Source of the DNA: Acidimicrobiales bacterium
GTDB taxonomy: Bacteria > Actinomycetota > Acidimicrobiia > Acidimicrobiales > Ilumatobacteraceae
NCBI GenBank assembly: GCA_040382215.1
Contig: JBEIFW010000001.1
Coordinates: forward strand, 1-62,351
Direction of reading: 5' to 3'
Length of the DNA: 62,351 nt
Shown: positions 55,521 to 62,351 of the stretch, in pieces
Position numbering within the stretch: position 1 is the first letter of the stretch
How the letters are laid out: every line of letters begins with the position of its first letter
Position numbers and translations under genes: made by a program
Notes under the pieces: generated by a model
Told to the model about the DNA's origin: nothing
Database searches by the model: none
The model's input: only the letters and a program-made list of their open reading frames with translations

Positions 55521-56194
55521 GGTTCGACCTCGGCCGCGAGCGCAGCACGAACCCGGGCCATCGCCGTGCCGAGCCGGGCGTCGACGCGCGCCGCACCCGC
55601 CTCGACGATGCCGCCACCTCGGCCGACGCTCGGATCGGCGACGACCTCGAAGCTCGCACCGGCCGGCCCTGCGACGCCGCCGAGGGAGTCCAGGTCGTCG
55701 GGATGTAGGCGCGCGACGAACGAGGCGACGTCGTCGCCGAGGACCGCAAGGGCCCGGCGCAGCGCGTCCTGTCCCGCCGACGGGGACCAGTGCACGTCAT
55801 GGCCGAGCACGTCCTCGGCCAGGGTGAGCGCCGTGTCCAGCAGATCGTCGGCGAGTTCGTGGAGGCGCAGCCGGTCGGCGGCCACGGCCCGCTCGGTGGC
55901 CGCAGTGAGTTTCGCCACCACGGCGGCCGCCTCGGCCCGGCGACGGTCGAGTTCCTCGGCGAGGCGCCGTTCGGCCTGGGCCCACCCGGCGGCGACACCC
56001 TCCTGCAGACCCTGCGCGAAGCCCTCCTCGTATGCGGTCTGGCGCAACTGGACGAGCGTGGCCTGATCGATCGCCGCAACCGTGAGCGAGGAGCCCGTGG
56101 CCAGATCCCGCAGGTCGAGGGAGCGATGCTCGGCGGCCCGGACGATCCGGCCGCGCGGCCGGGCCGGCGCCTCAGGCGACGAACTCATCGCCAC
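55517..56194 (-). CDS. fliH: flagellar assembly protein FliH
   Basis: 225 aa. The central AYEEGFAQGLQEG and the C-terminal GGGIVEAGAARVDARL pattern are present. It lies between fliG and fliI. Confidence 0.8.
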   Translation of the reverse strand: MAMSSSPEAPARPRGRIVRAAEHRSLDLRDLATGSSLTVAAIDQATLVQLRQTAYEEGFAQGLQEGVAAGWAQAERRLAEELDRRRAEAAAVVAKLTAATERAVAADRLRLHELADDLLDTALTLAEDVLGHDVHWSPSAGQDALRRALAVLGDDVASFVARLHPDDLDSLGGVAGPAGASFEVVADPSVGRGGGIVEAGAARVDARLGTAMARVRAALAAEVEP

Positions 56195-57194
56195 CCCGGC
56201 TCAACAGCAGCTGACCCGATTCCTCGAGCGAACGGATGATGCGCACGATGCCCGACTGCGCTTCCTCCACCTGGGTGATCCGGATCGGCCCGAGCAGACT
56301 GATCTCGTCGGTCAGGTTCGCCGAGGCGCGCTCGGACATGTTCCGCAGGATCTTCTGCTGGACGTCCATCTTTACGCCCTTGAGCGCAACCGCCAGATCC
56401 TTGTTGTCCACGTGGCGCAGCACGAGCTGCACGCTGCGGTCGTCGAGCTGCACGATGTCCTCGAACACGAACATCCGCTGGCGCACCTCGTCGGCCAGAT
56501 CGGGCGAGGTGCGCTCGAGACCCTCGAGGATGAGGCGCTCGGTCGGTCGGTCGGAGCGGTTGAGGATCTCGACGAGGCTCTGCACCCCGCCCGCCGAGGA
56601 GAGCTCACCGGTGTTCACGACACTGACGAGTTTGCGGGCCAACACCTCTTCGACCTGCTTGATCACCTCCGGTGAGGTGCGGTCCATCACCGCGACCCGG
56701 TGCGCGACGTCGCGCTGGAGTGCATCGTTGAGACCACCGATCACCATCGCAGCGCGCTCGGCCGGCATGTGGGCGAGCACGAGGGCGATGGTCTGCGGGT
56801 GTTCGTCCTGCAGGTAGGACAACACCTGACGGGGATCGAGTCGCTGCAGGAACTCGAAGGGCTGTTCGGCCATTCCGGCGGTGACGGCGTCGAGCACCTG
56901 TTGCGCCCGCTCTGGACCGAGGGTGCGCTCCAGCATCTTGCGGGCGACCTCGATGCCACCGGTGGTGATCGCCGTCGAGGCCTCGGTCATCGCGACGAAC
57001 TCGGTGAGGACGTCGTTCACCACTTCGGTCTTGACCCGCCGTAGCCGTGCCACCTCGGCCATGACGTCTGCGATCTCCTGCTCGGTCAGGATCCGCAGCA
57101 CCTTGGACGACTGGTCCGCGCCGAGCTGCATGAGCATGATCGCAGCCTTCTGCGTCCCCGACAGGGACTCGATGGTGATTTCCTTCGACGGCAT
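56172..57194 (-). CDS. fliG: flagellar motor switch protein FliG
   Basis: 340 aa. LSGTQKAAIMLMQLG ... MFVFEDIVQLDDRSVQLVLRHVDNKDLAVALKG ... ILRNMSERA is the FliG pattern. Confidence 0.95.
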   Translation of the reverse strand: MPSKEITIESLSGTQKAAIMLMQLGADQSSKVLRILTEQEIADVMAEVARLRRVKTEVVNDVLTEFVAMTEASTAITTGGIEVARKMLERTLGPERAQQVLDAVTAGMAEQPFEFLQRLDPRQVLSYLQDEHPQTIALVLAHMPAERAAMVIGGLNDALQRDVAHRVAVMDRTSPEVIKQVEEVLARKLVSVVNTGELSSAGGVQSLVEILNRSDRPTERLILEGLERTSPDLADEVRQRMFVFEDIVQLDDRSVQLVLRHVDNKDLAVALKGVKMDVQQKILRNMSERASANLTDEISLLGPIRITQVEEAQSGIVRIIRSLEESGQLLLSRGGDEFVA

Positions 57195-58840
57195 CAGCCC
57201 CTCCGGTCGGCGAGCCAGGTACGCAGCATGCGGGCGACGTCATCGGGCTGCCGCTCGATGAGGTCGTTGATCTGACGGGTCTCCTGACTCGAGGCCGGAG
57301 CGACCAGCTGCGGGATCAGGATGAGGTCCTGCTGCTCGCCGGAAACCATCACCTCGCGGGGCCCGCCGAGGGCTCGCGCCGCGTCGACGGCCTCGCGCAT
57401 CGTGGCCTGCACCCGCTCCCGCTCGTCCTTCTCCTGGGCCGCGGCGAGCGCCTCGGCTTTCTTGCGCAGGCGTTCGGGCCGCTTGGCGCTGCGCCACGCC
57501 AGGAGGAGGATCAACGACACGAGGAACACCGTGGCCCCGGTCGTGATCATCTCGTTGAGACCGTCTCCCGACGCCTCCTTGGCCTTCGCTGCGTCCTCGA
57601 GCGCCTTGGTCGCATCGGTCGTGGCGGTCTCGTCGAACGGCAGGGTCGTCACCTGCACCAGGTCGCCTCGTGCCTCGTCGAAGCCAGAGGCGGCCCGAAT
57701 CAACTCTCCCACTCGAGCCTCGTCCACCCCGACGCCTTCGTCGACGAGCACCGCCACGGACAACCGCTTCACGGCACCGGGCGCCGAGGTGAACGACTCG
57801 GTCACCTTGCCGACGGCATACGTCTTGTCGCCGGCCTTCTTCGTGTAGGTCGTCTGCGCCCCGTTGGCCCCCTGCTGCGGCGCATTGACGACCGGTCCGA
57901 GCGGTCCGCCCGCCGGCGTTCCGGCACCGGCGTAGTTCTCGTCGTTGGTCGTCTCCCGCACGACGGGGGCAGTGGCCTGATTGGGATCCGACGGGAACCT
58001 CTCGGTCGTCGTCTGGCGCCGGTCGAAGTCGAGTGCAGCGGTCACGGTGACCTTCGCCTTGCCCGGCCCCGTCACCGACTCCAGCATCGTGGTGAGCTGC
58101 CGGGCGAGGTTCTGCTCGAAGACACGATTCTGGTCGGCCCGATCGTCGCCGGAGCCCAACGGGTCGTTGCCGGCGGCCGACAACACCCGCCCCTTTGCAT
58201 CGGCAAGGGTCACCTGCTCCGGCGTCAGGCCTTCGACCGAGGATGCCACCAGGTGAACGATCGCCTTCACCTGCTGGCTCGACAACGGCGTGCTCTCGGT
58301 CGTCGCCACAAGCACCGAGGCCGACGGTTTACGGTCGTCGGCGCTGAAGATGTCCGAACGCGGGATCACCAGGTGGACCGTTGCCGCCTTGACCCCCTGC
58401 AGGGAGCCGATCGTCTTCGACAGCTCCCCCTCGAGCGCCCGCTGGAAGTCCACCCGTTGACGAAAGTCCGACGTCGTCAGACCCTGCTTGTCGAGCAGGT
58501 CCCAACCGGTCGCTCCGGACTCGGGAAGGCCCTTGGCCGACAGGTCGAGCCGGAGCTGATAGAGCTGCTGCTCGGGGACCATGATCGTGGCCCCACCGTT
58601 CGCGAGCTGGTACTGGACGCCGCGAGCGGTGAGCTCTTGGGTCACGGACGCAGCGTCTTTCGCGCTGAGTCCCGAGTACAGCGACGCATAGGTCGTCGTC
58701 GATGCCCAGTTGAGGAACAGGAACGCTCCGGCAACCGTGCCCACCAGAGCGATCCCGAGCATGGCGATCTGGCCCCGGGTGAACCCCTTGAACAGCCCGT
58801 TGGCCTTCTTTCGGACGGAACTCAGGTCGAGTGCGGCCAT
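57194..58840 (-). CDS. fliF: flagellar MS-ring protein FliF
   Basis: 548 aa. It has an N-terminal TM, YASLYSGLSAKDAASVTQELTARGVQYQL, ring-building motifs and a C-terminal TM plus FliG-binding tail. Confidence 0.93.
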   Translation of the reverse strand: MAALDLSSVRKKANGLFKGFTRGQIAMLGIALVGTVAGAFLFLNWASTTTYASLYSGLSAKDAASVTQELTARGVQYQLANGGATIMVPEQQLYQLRLDLSAKGLPESGATGWDLLDKQGLTTSDFRQRVDFQRALEGELSKTIGSLQGVKAATVHLVIPRSDIFSADDRKPSASVLVATTESTPLSSQQVKAIVHLVASSVEGLTPEQVTLADAKGRVLSAAGNDPLGSGDDRADQNRVFEQNLARQLTTMLESVTGPGKAKVTVTAALDFDRRQTTTERFPSDPNQATAPVVRETTNDENYAGAGTPAGGPLGPVVNAPQQGANGAQTTYTKKAGDKTYAVGKVTESFTSAPGAVKRLSVAVLVDEGVGVDEARVGELIRAASGFDEARGDLVQVTTLPFDETATTDATKALEDAAKAKEASGDGLNEMITTGATVFLVSLILLLAWRSAKRPERLRKKAEALAAAQEKDERERVQATMREAVDAARALGGPREVMVSGEQQDLILIPQLVAPASSQETRQINDLIERQPDDVARMLRTWLADRRG

Positions 58841-58841
58841 G

Positions 58842-59147
58842 TCACACCGGCATCGTCATGATCGAGGTGAACGCTTCGAGGGCCCGGTTCCGCACGGCCA
58901 CGGTCAGGTCCGTGGCGAGCTGCGCCTGGGTCGCTGCGATCATGTAGTCGTGGACGTTGGTCAGATCCCCGGTGAGGCCGGCCTCGGCGAGCGCATCGGT
59001 GGTTGCATGTTGCGACTGCAACGATGACAGGGCCTTGCTCAGGGAGTCCACGAAACCGCCGCCGCTCGTTCCACCCGGCGCCGCCGTGCCCGTGACGGGA
59101 AGGGTCGGGAGCGATACGAGCCTGGAGGAGATGCCGTCGAGTGCCAT
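58842..59147 (-). CDS. fliE: flagellar hook-basal body protein FliE
   Basis: The C-terminus LTNVHDYMIAATQAQLATDLTVAVRNRALEAFTSIMTMPV is the FliE signature. ATG at 59147 lies 4 nt after the flgC stop. Upstream alternative starts overlap flgC. Confidence 0.85.
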   Translation of the reverse strand: MALDGISSRLVSLPTLPVTGTAAPGGTSGGGFVDSLSKALSSLQSQHATTDALAEAGLTGDLTNVHDYMIAATQAQLATDLTVAVRNRALEAFTSIMTMPV

Positions 59148-59151
59148 CGGG

Positions 59152-59583
59152 TCACCGGCCGATCGAGAGCGCTGCGCTGTAGGCATCGCGAGCACGCTCT
59201 ACGACGGCGAGGTTCGCCTGGTAGGAGCGCTGCGCCGCTAGGAGTTGGACCATCTGCTCGCCGAGTTCGATGTCGGGGGTGCGAACGAGTCCCTGTTCGT
59301 TCGCGTACGGATGGGCGGGATCGAACACGAGCCGGCCCTGGGGGTCACCGCCGAAGGCGATCCCCGTGACCGCAGCGCCCTCGCCCACGGCCCCACTGGG
59401 ATCCAGCGGGCTGGCGCCGGTGGCGTCGACCGATCGAGCAAGCACCATGCGGGCCCGGAACGGCACCTCGTCGAAGGGGCGGACGGTGTTCATGTTGGCG
59501 ATGTTGTCGCTGATCGCATCCATCCAGGTCCGCTGGACCCGGAGGCTGCTGCCGGCGGTGTGGAGGGCCTGGAACAGACTCAT
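59152..59583 (-). CDS. flgC: flagellar proximal rod protein FlgC
   Basis: MSLFQALHTAGSSLRVQRTWMDAISDNIANMNT ... VRTPDIELGEQMVQLLAAQRSYQANLAVVE. The ATG shares one nt with the flgB stop. Confidence 0.92.
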   Translation of the reverse strand: MSLFQALHTAGSSLRVQRTWMDAISDNIANMNTVRPFDEVPFRARMVLARSVDATGASPLDPSGAVGEGAAVTGIAFGGDPQGRLVFDPAHPYANEQGLVRTPDIELGEQMVQLLAAQRSYQANLAVVERARDAYSAALSIGR

Positions 59584-59924
59584 CACTGCCCCTTGATCGC
59601 AGAGCGCAAAAGGCGGAACTTGGCGTTCGCCGCCTCGATGCCGAGCTGGTAGCGGAGGTTCGTGTCGACGAGTGTGACGATCTCGTCGTCGAGCTTCACG
59701 TTGTTGCCGGACAGGTTGGTCGCGTCGAGCGACTTGCGGGTCGACGCTGCGCCCGACCCCGGATCGCGTCCAGCGATCGCATTTCGGAGGCTGTCCTCGA
59801 AGTCGACACGGTTCGCGAGGAACCCCGGCGTCTCGACGTTGGCGATGTTGTCGGCGATCGCCCGCTGCCGCAGGGACAGCCCACGCAGGGCGACCTGGAC
59901 CGCGGTCATCGTGATGTCGTTCAC
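59583..59924 (-). CDS. flgB: flagellar proximal rod protein FlgB
   Basis: 113 aa. LSLRQRAIADNIANVETPGF ... NNVKLDDEIVTLVDTNLRYQ is the FlgB pattern. Confidence 0.9.
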   Translation of the reverse strand: MNDITMTAVQVALRGLSLRQRAIADNIANVETPGFLANRVDFEDSLRNAIAGRDPGSGAASTRKSLDATNLSGNNVKLDDEIVTLVDTNLRYQLGIEAANAKFRLLRSAIKGQ

Positions 59925-59963
59925 GGGCAGCCTCGACAGGGCCGTCCGTCCGTGGGATCGAAG

Positions 59964-59981
59964 CCGGGCTTCCTTGCCCGG
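59964..59981 (-). promoter_or_regulatory. GC hairpin CCGGGC-N6-GCCCGG in the flgB upstream region
   Basis: Read directly: a perfect 6-bp stem with a 6-nt loop, 40 nt upstream of the flgB start and 78 nt after the stop of the preceding gene. There is no U tract. Confidence 0.35.
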
Positions 59982-59986
59982 TCAAG

Positions 59987-60014
59987 TCGTCGGCGCGCTG
60001 GGCGTCAACCTTGA
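59987..60014 (-). promoter_or_regulatory. candidate sigma-28 (FliA/SigD/WhiG)-type promoter upstream of flgB: TCAA-N16-GCCGACGA
   Basis: The minus-strand reading was compared with the consensus TAAA-N15-GCCGATAA: 3 of 4 positions match in the -35 and 6 of 8 in the -10. This is a match by eye only. Confidence 0.3.
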
Positions 60015-60058
60015 GCAGGTTCTGCGAGGGTTCTGGATCTTGACGATCCGGGCCGGGC

Positions 60059-60364
60059 TCAGCAGGCCCGGTCGACGTAACGCGGCCCGCCGGCGTCGTC
60101 GCCGAGACGACGACGCTGCAAGGACGCGCCCGCCCGGCCGAGCGCGTCGCGGCGTTCGGCCATCAGCTGTTCGACGGCCTGGGTCCGTTCCAGCAGGCGC
60201 TGGGCGCGCTCGGCGACGGCCACCGGCATCGGCGGTAGGTCAGGTGGTTCGAACGGCTCGAGACCGGGATCCTCGTCGGCCTCCACCGCCGTTCGGATCT
60301 GCTCGAGACGGGTCTCGAGCACCATGAGGACCGGTTCCCAAGCGGCGATTGCCGGGTCGGTCAC
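60059..60364 (-). CDS. hypothetical helical/acidic protein in the FliT/FlgN chaperone position
   Basis: 101-aa ORF whose ATG overlaps the fliS stop (ATGA). It has predicted helical ends and an acidic Pro-rich centre (EADEDPGLEPFEPPDLPPMP). No family was recognised. Confidence 0.45.
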   Translation of the reverse strand: MTDPAIAAWEPVLMVLETRLEQIRTAVEADEDPGLEPFEPPDLPPMPVAVAERAQRLLERTQAVEQLMAERRDALGRAGASLQRRRLGDDAGGPRYVDRAC

Positions 60365-60747
60365 GACGCCTTCGCCGCCAGGTGTACCGCCGCTTCCCGC
60401 CAGGCGTCGGCCAGCGACTCGATCTGGCGACGGACGGCCGAGAGCCGGCCGACATCACCGACGGTGCCGGCACCGATCAGTTCCTTCAGGAACCAGGTGT
60501 AGAGCTGCGTCAACCCGGGAGCGCCCTCCCATGACGACACGTCGAGCGATGCCATCAACTCGCAGACGATGTCGCTCGCATGCCGGGTCAGCTCCTGAGC
60601 GCGGCCGCGATCGCCGGACTCGAAGGCCGCCTCGGCCTGGCGCAGGTCGAGCACCATCCGGTCGTAGAGCATCACGACCAGGCGGGCCGGCGAGGCCGTG
60701 GCCACCGTGTCCGACACGTAGCGTTCGCGCAGGGTTCGAGCGTTCAT
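60361..60747 (-). CDS. fliS: flagellin-specific export chaperone FliS
   Basis: 128 aa. SPARLVVMLYDRMVLDLRQAEAAFESGD ... IVCELMASLD ... LTQLYTWFLKEL is the FliS four-helix pattern. Confidence 0.9.
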   Translation of the reverse strand: MNARTLRERYVSDTVATASPARLVVMLYDRMVLDLRQAEAAFESGDRGRAQELTRHASDIVCELMASLDVSSWEGAPGLTQLYTWFLKELIGAGTVGDVGRLSAVRRQIESLADAWREAAVHLAAKAS

Positions 60748-60769
60748 CGACTCACCTCGGATTTGCCGG

Positions 60770-62086
60770 TCACTGCAACTTGCCGATCTGGCCCGACAGC
60801 CAGGAGCTCTGGTTCCGGAGCCGTCCGAGCGCCGTCTCGAGCGCGTCGAACTGGCTGCGGATCTGCTTCTCCCGGGAGGCGAGCCGGCTGTCCCAGGACT
60901 GGATCGAGCTGTCGAGGTCCCGTAGGCGACTCTGGCTCCCGGCGATCACGCCGGCGAGACGGCCGGTTCCTGCGGCGGTGGCGTCATCGACCTCGGCCTG
61001 CACGAGGGCGGCAAACCCGGAACCACCGCTGCCGCCTTGGAAGAGCGCCTTCACCCCGGTCGGGTTCGCATCGTGCGCAGCGAGGAACGCGGCGCGGTCG
61101 AAGCTCAGCCGACCACTGCGGTCGGTGCTCATCCCGACCCGGAACACGGTCAGATCGCCGCTCGACGCCTCGATCAGGTTCTCTCGCAGCGCCGAGGCCA
61201 CCTGGCTCGCCGCCTGCTCGCCCAGGAGCACGCCGGCTCGTTTGGTCGCCGGGTCGTAGCCCGAGTTGGCCGAGACGTAGGAGAGCACGTCGTTGTACGC
61301 GTCGACGAGCTTCTGCACCCGCGCCGCCGTGGCCCCGGCATCGGTGCCGATGTCCAGGTTGACTGCACTCGTGGTCTGCTTCTTCACCGTGACGGTCACG
61401 CCGTCGGCGAGCCCGGTGAAGGTGTTGGACGCCGACCTGACGGTCACCGGATTCGTGGTGCCCATCGTGAGTTCGGCGTCCTGACCCTGGCTGAGGATCG
61501 ACAGGGAGCCGAGCGACGAGCCGAACCCGCTCGCCGAGAACGCCCCGGCAGCGCCGGAGCTGCGGGCGCTCAGCTGCAGTCGGTAGACCGACGGCTCGAC
61601 CTGGACGGCGCTCGCCGTCACCCCGGTGCCGGAGGAGTTGACCGCTGCGATCACCGAGGACAGCGATCCGTCACCGACGTCACTGATGGTCGTCGATCCG
61701 ATGGTGAGCGGACCCGTGGCGACCACGTCCGACATCGACGAAACCCCGGCCGAGCTCAACAGCGAGTGCGCCGCTGCCAGCCGGTCCACGCGGAGCTGGA
61801 GCCGAGCCGGTGTCGATCCCGCCCCTGCGGTGGCCACGAGCGCGGTGTCGTCGCTGGACGCTGCGCTACGCGTGTTCCAGCCTGATTCGAATCGCAGGGT
61901 CCGGGCTGCGTCGGCGAGTGCCCGCATCCTGGTGTTGAGGGTGTTGTGGACGTCCAGCCTGCGCTGCTCGTCAGTGCGCTGCGTCCTGAGCCGGCTCTGC
62001 GGCTGACGCTCGATCGACATGAGCTGCGACACGATCGCCGTCGTGTCGAGCCCGGACACCAGTCCGTCGATCGCGGAGGAGGCCAT
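60770..62086 (-). CDS. fliD: flagellar filament cap protein FliD
   Basis: 438 aa. The N-terminus is IDGLVSGLDTTAIVSQLMSIERQPQSRL and the C-terminus is RLASREKQIRSQFDALETALGRLRNQSSWL. Confidence 0.9.
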   Translation of the reverse strand: MASSAIDGLVSGLDTTAIVSQLMSIERQPQSRLRTQRTDEQRRLDVHNTLNTRMRALADAARTLRFESGWNTRSAASSDDTALVATAGAGSTPARLQLRVDRLAAAHSLLSSAGVSSMSDVVATGPLTIGSTTISDVGDGSLSSVIAAVNSSGTGVTASAVQVEPSVYRLQLSARSSGAAGAFSASGFGSSLGSLSILSQGQDAELTMGTTNPVTVRSASNTFTGLADGVTVTVKKQTTSAVNLDIGTDAGATAARVQKLVDAYNDVLSYVSANSGYDPATKRAGVLLGEQAASQVASALRENLIEASSGDLTVFRVGMSTDRSGRLSFDRAAFLAAHDANPTGVKALFQGGSGGSGFAALVQAEVDDATAAGTGRLAGVIAGSQSRLRDLDSSIQSWDSRLASREKQIRSQFDALETALGRLRNQSSWLSGQIGKLQ

Positions 62087-62137
62087 CGGTCAATCCCTCA
62101 GGTAGTCGGTCGGTCAGGAATGGGGAAGGGCCCCGGC

Positions 62138-62166
62138 GGGCCGGGCGCTTTGCGGCGCAACGGCCC
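62138..62166 (-). terminator. compound GC hairpin after the flagellin gene (GGGCCG..GCGC-loop-GCGC..CGGCCC), candidate terminator/attenuator
   Basis: Read directly: a 6-bp outer plus a 4-bp inner stem, 24 nt after the flagellin stop and 52 nt before the fliD start. There is no U tract, which is common for high-GC organisms but lowers confidence. Confidence 0.35.
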
Positions 62167-62189
62167 GTCCGGAGCCCCGTCCGGTGGGA

Positions 62190-62351
62190 TCAACCACGCA
62201 GGAGCTGCAGCACGCCCTGCGAGGACTGGTTGGCCTGGGCCAACATCGCCGAGCCGGCCTGGGAGAGGATCTGGGACTTGGTGAAGTTCACCATCTCGTC
62301 GGCCATGTCGGTGTCCCGGATCCGGGATTCCGACGCCGCCAGGTTCTCCAC
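62190..62351 (-). CDS. fliC: flagellin, C-terminal 53 codons (partial, continues past right edge)
   Basis: The reverse translation [53 protein letters not shown]-stop is the conserved flagellin D0 C-terminal helix. Confidence 0.92.
   Translation of the reverse strand: MENLAASESRIRDTDMADEMVNFTKSQILSQAGSAMLAQANQSSQGVLQLLRG

Overview
Very GC-rich bacterial chromosomal segment whose gene content and protein style look actinobacterial (monoderm, high-GC). The six-frame track is full of long spurious ORFs antisense or out of frame to real genes. I therefore called genes by recognisable protein families, start-codon and RBS context, and start/stop overlaps. Left part (1-38.8 kb) holds housekeeping and accessory metabolism. 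It contains clpC, a polyprenyl synthase, and a secreted M23 peptidase carrying three copies of a roughly 110-aa module. A folP/PTP-like/folB/folK string follows, preceded by VOC and PhyH genes. Next come tRNA-Pro(CGG), a pair of ArsA/Get3-like ATPases followed by an orphan receiver domain, NfeD, hydrolases and a Nudix gene. A TetR-centred catabolic block contains an acyl-CoA dehydrogenase, a nitronate monooxygenase and a Dpp/Opp-type ABC importer. Divergent from it are a 4-hydroxybutyryl-CoA-dehydratase-like gene and a tandem-fused family III CoA-transferase. The left part ends with rmuC, an ABC exporter, a lipoprotein aminopeptidase, thrH, DUF427, TauD and an ABC-2 exporter. Right part (38.8-62.35 kb) is one uninterrupted minus-strand flagellar locus. 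Its order is fliC(partial)-fliD-fliS-orf, then flgB-flgC-fliE-fliF-fliG-fliH-fliI-fliJ, a P60+SLT hydrolase, fliK-flgD-flgE-flbD-motA-motB-fliL-fliM-fliN-fliO-fliP-fliQ-fliR-flhB-flhA and an flhF-like gene. Most interesting observations: (1) an FlhF homologue whose GTPase P-loop is degenerate, with no FlhG next to it. (2) A PTP/DSP-fold gene with HGX5R instead of HCX5R, coupled by an ATGA overlap into the folate operon. (3) fliK has no in-frame stop; its frame stays open across flgD and is in frame with flgE. (4) A signal-less NlpC/P60 + lytic transglycosylase fusion sits in the FlgJ niche. (5) FliM lacks the N-terminal CheY-binding peptide. (6) A 22-bp imperfect palindrome occurs at the tetR/acyl-CoA-dehydrogenase junction and again in the divergent ABC importer/dehydratase-like promoter region. 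No CRISPR arrays, transposases, integrases or rRNA were seen. All family assignments come from reading the translations by eye, with no database search.
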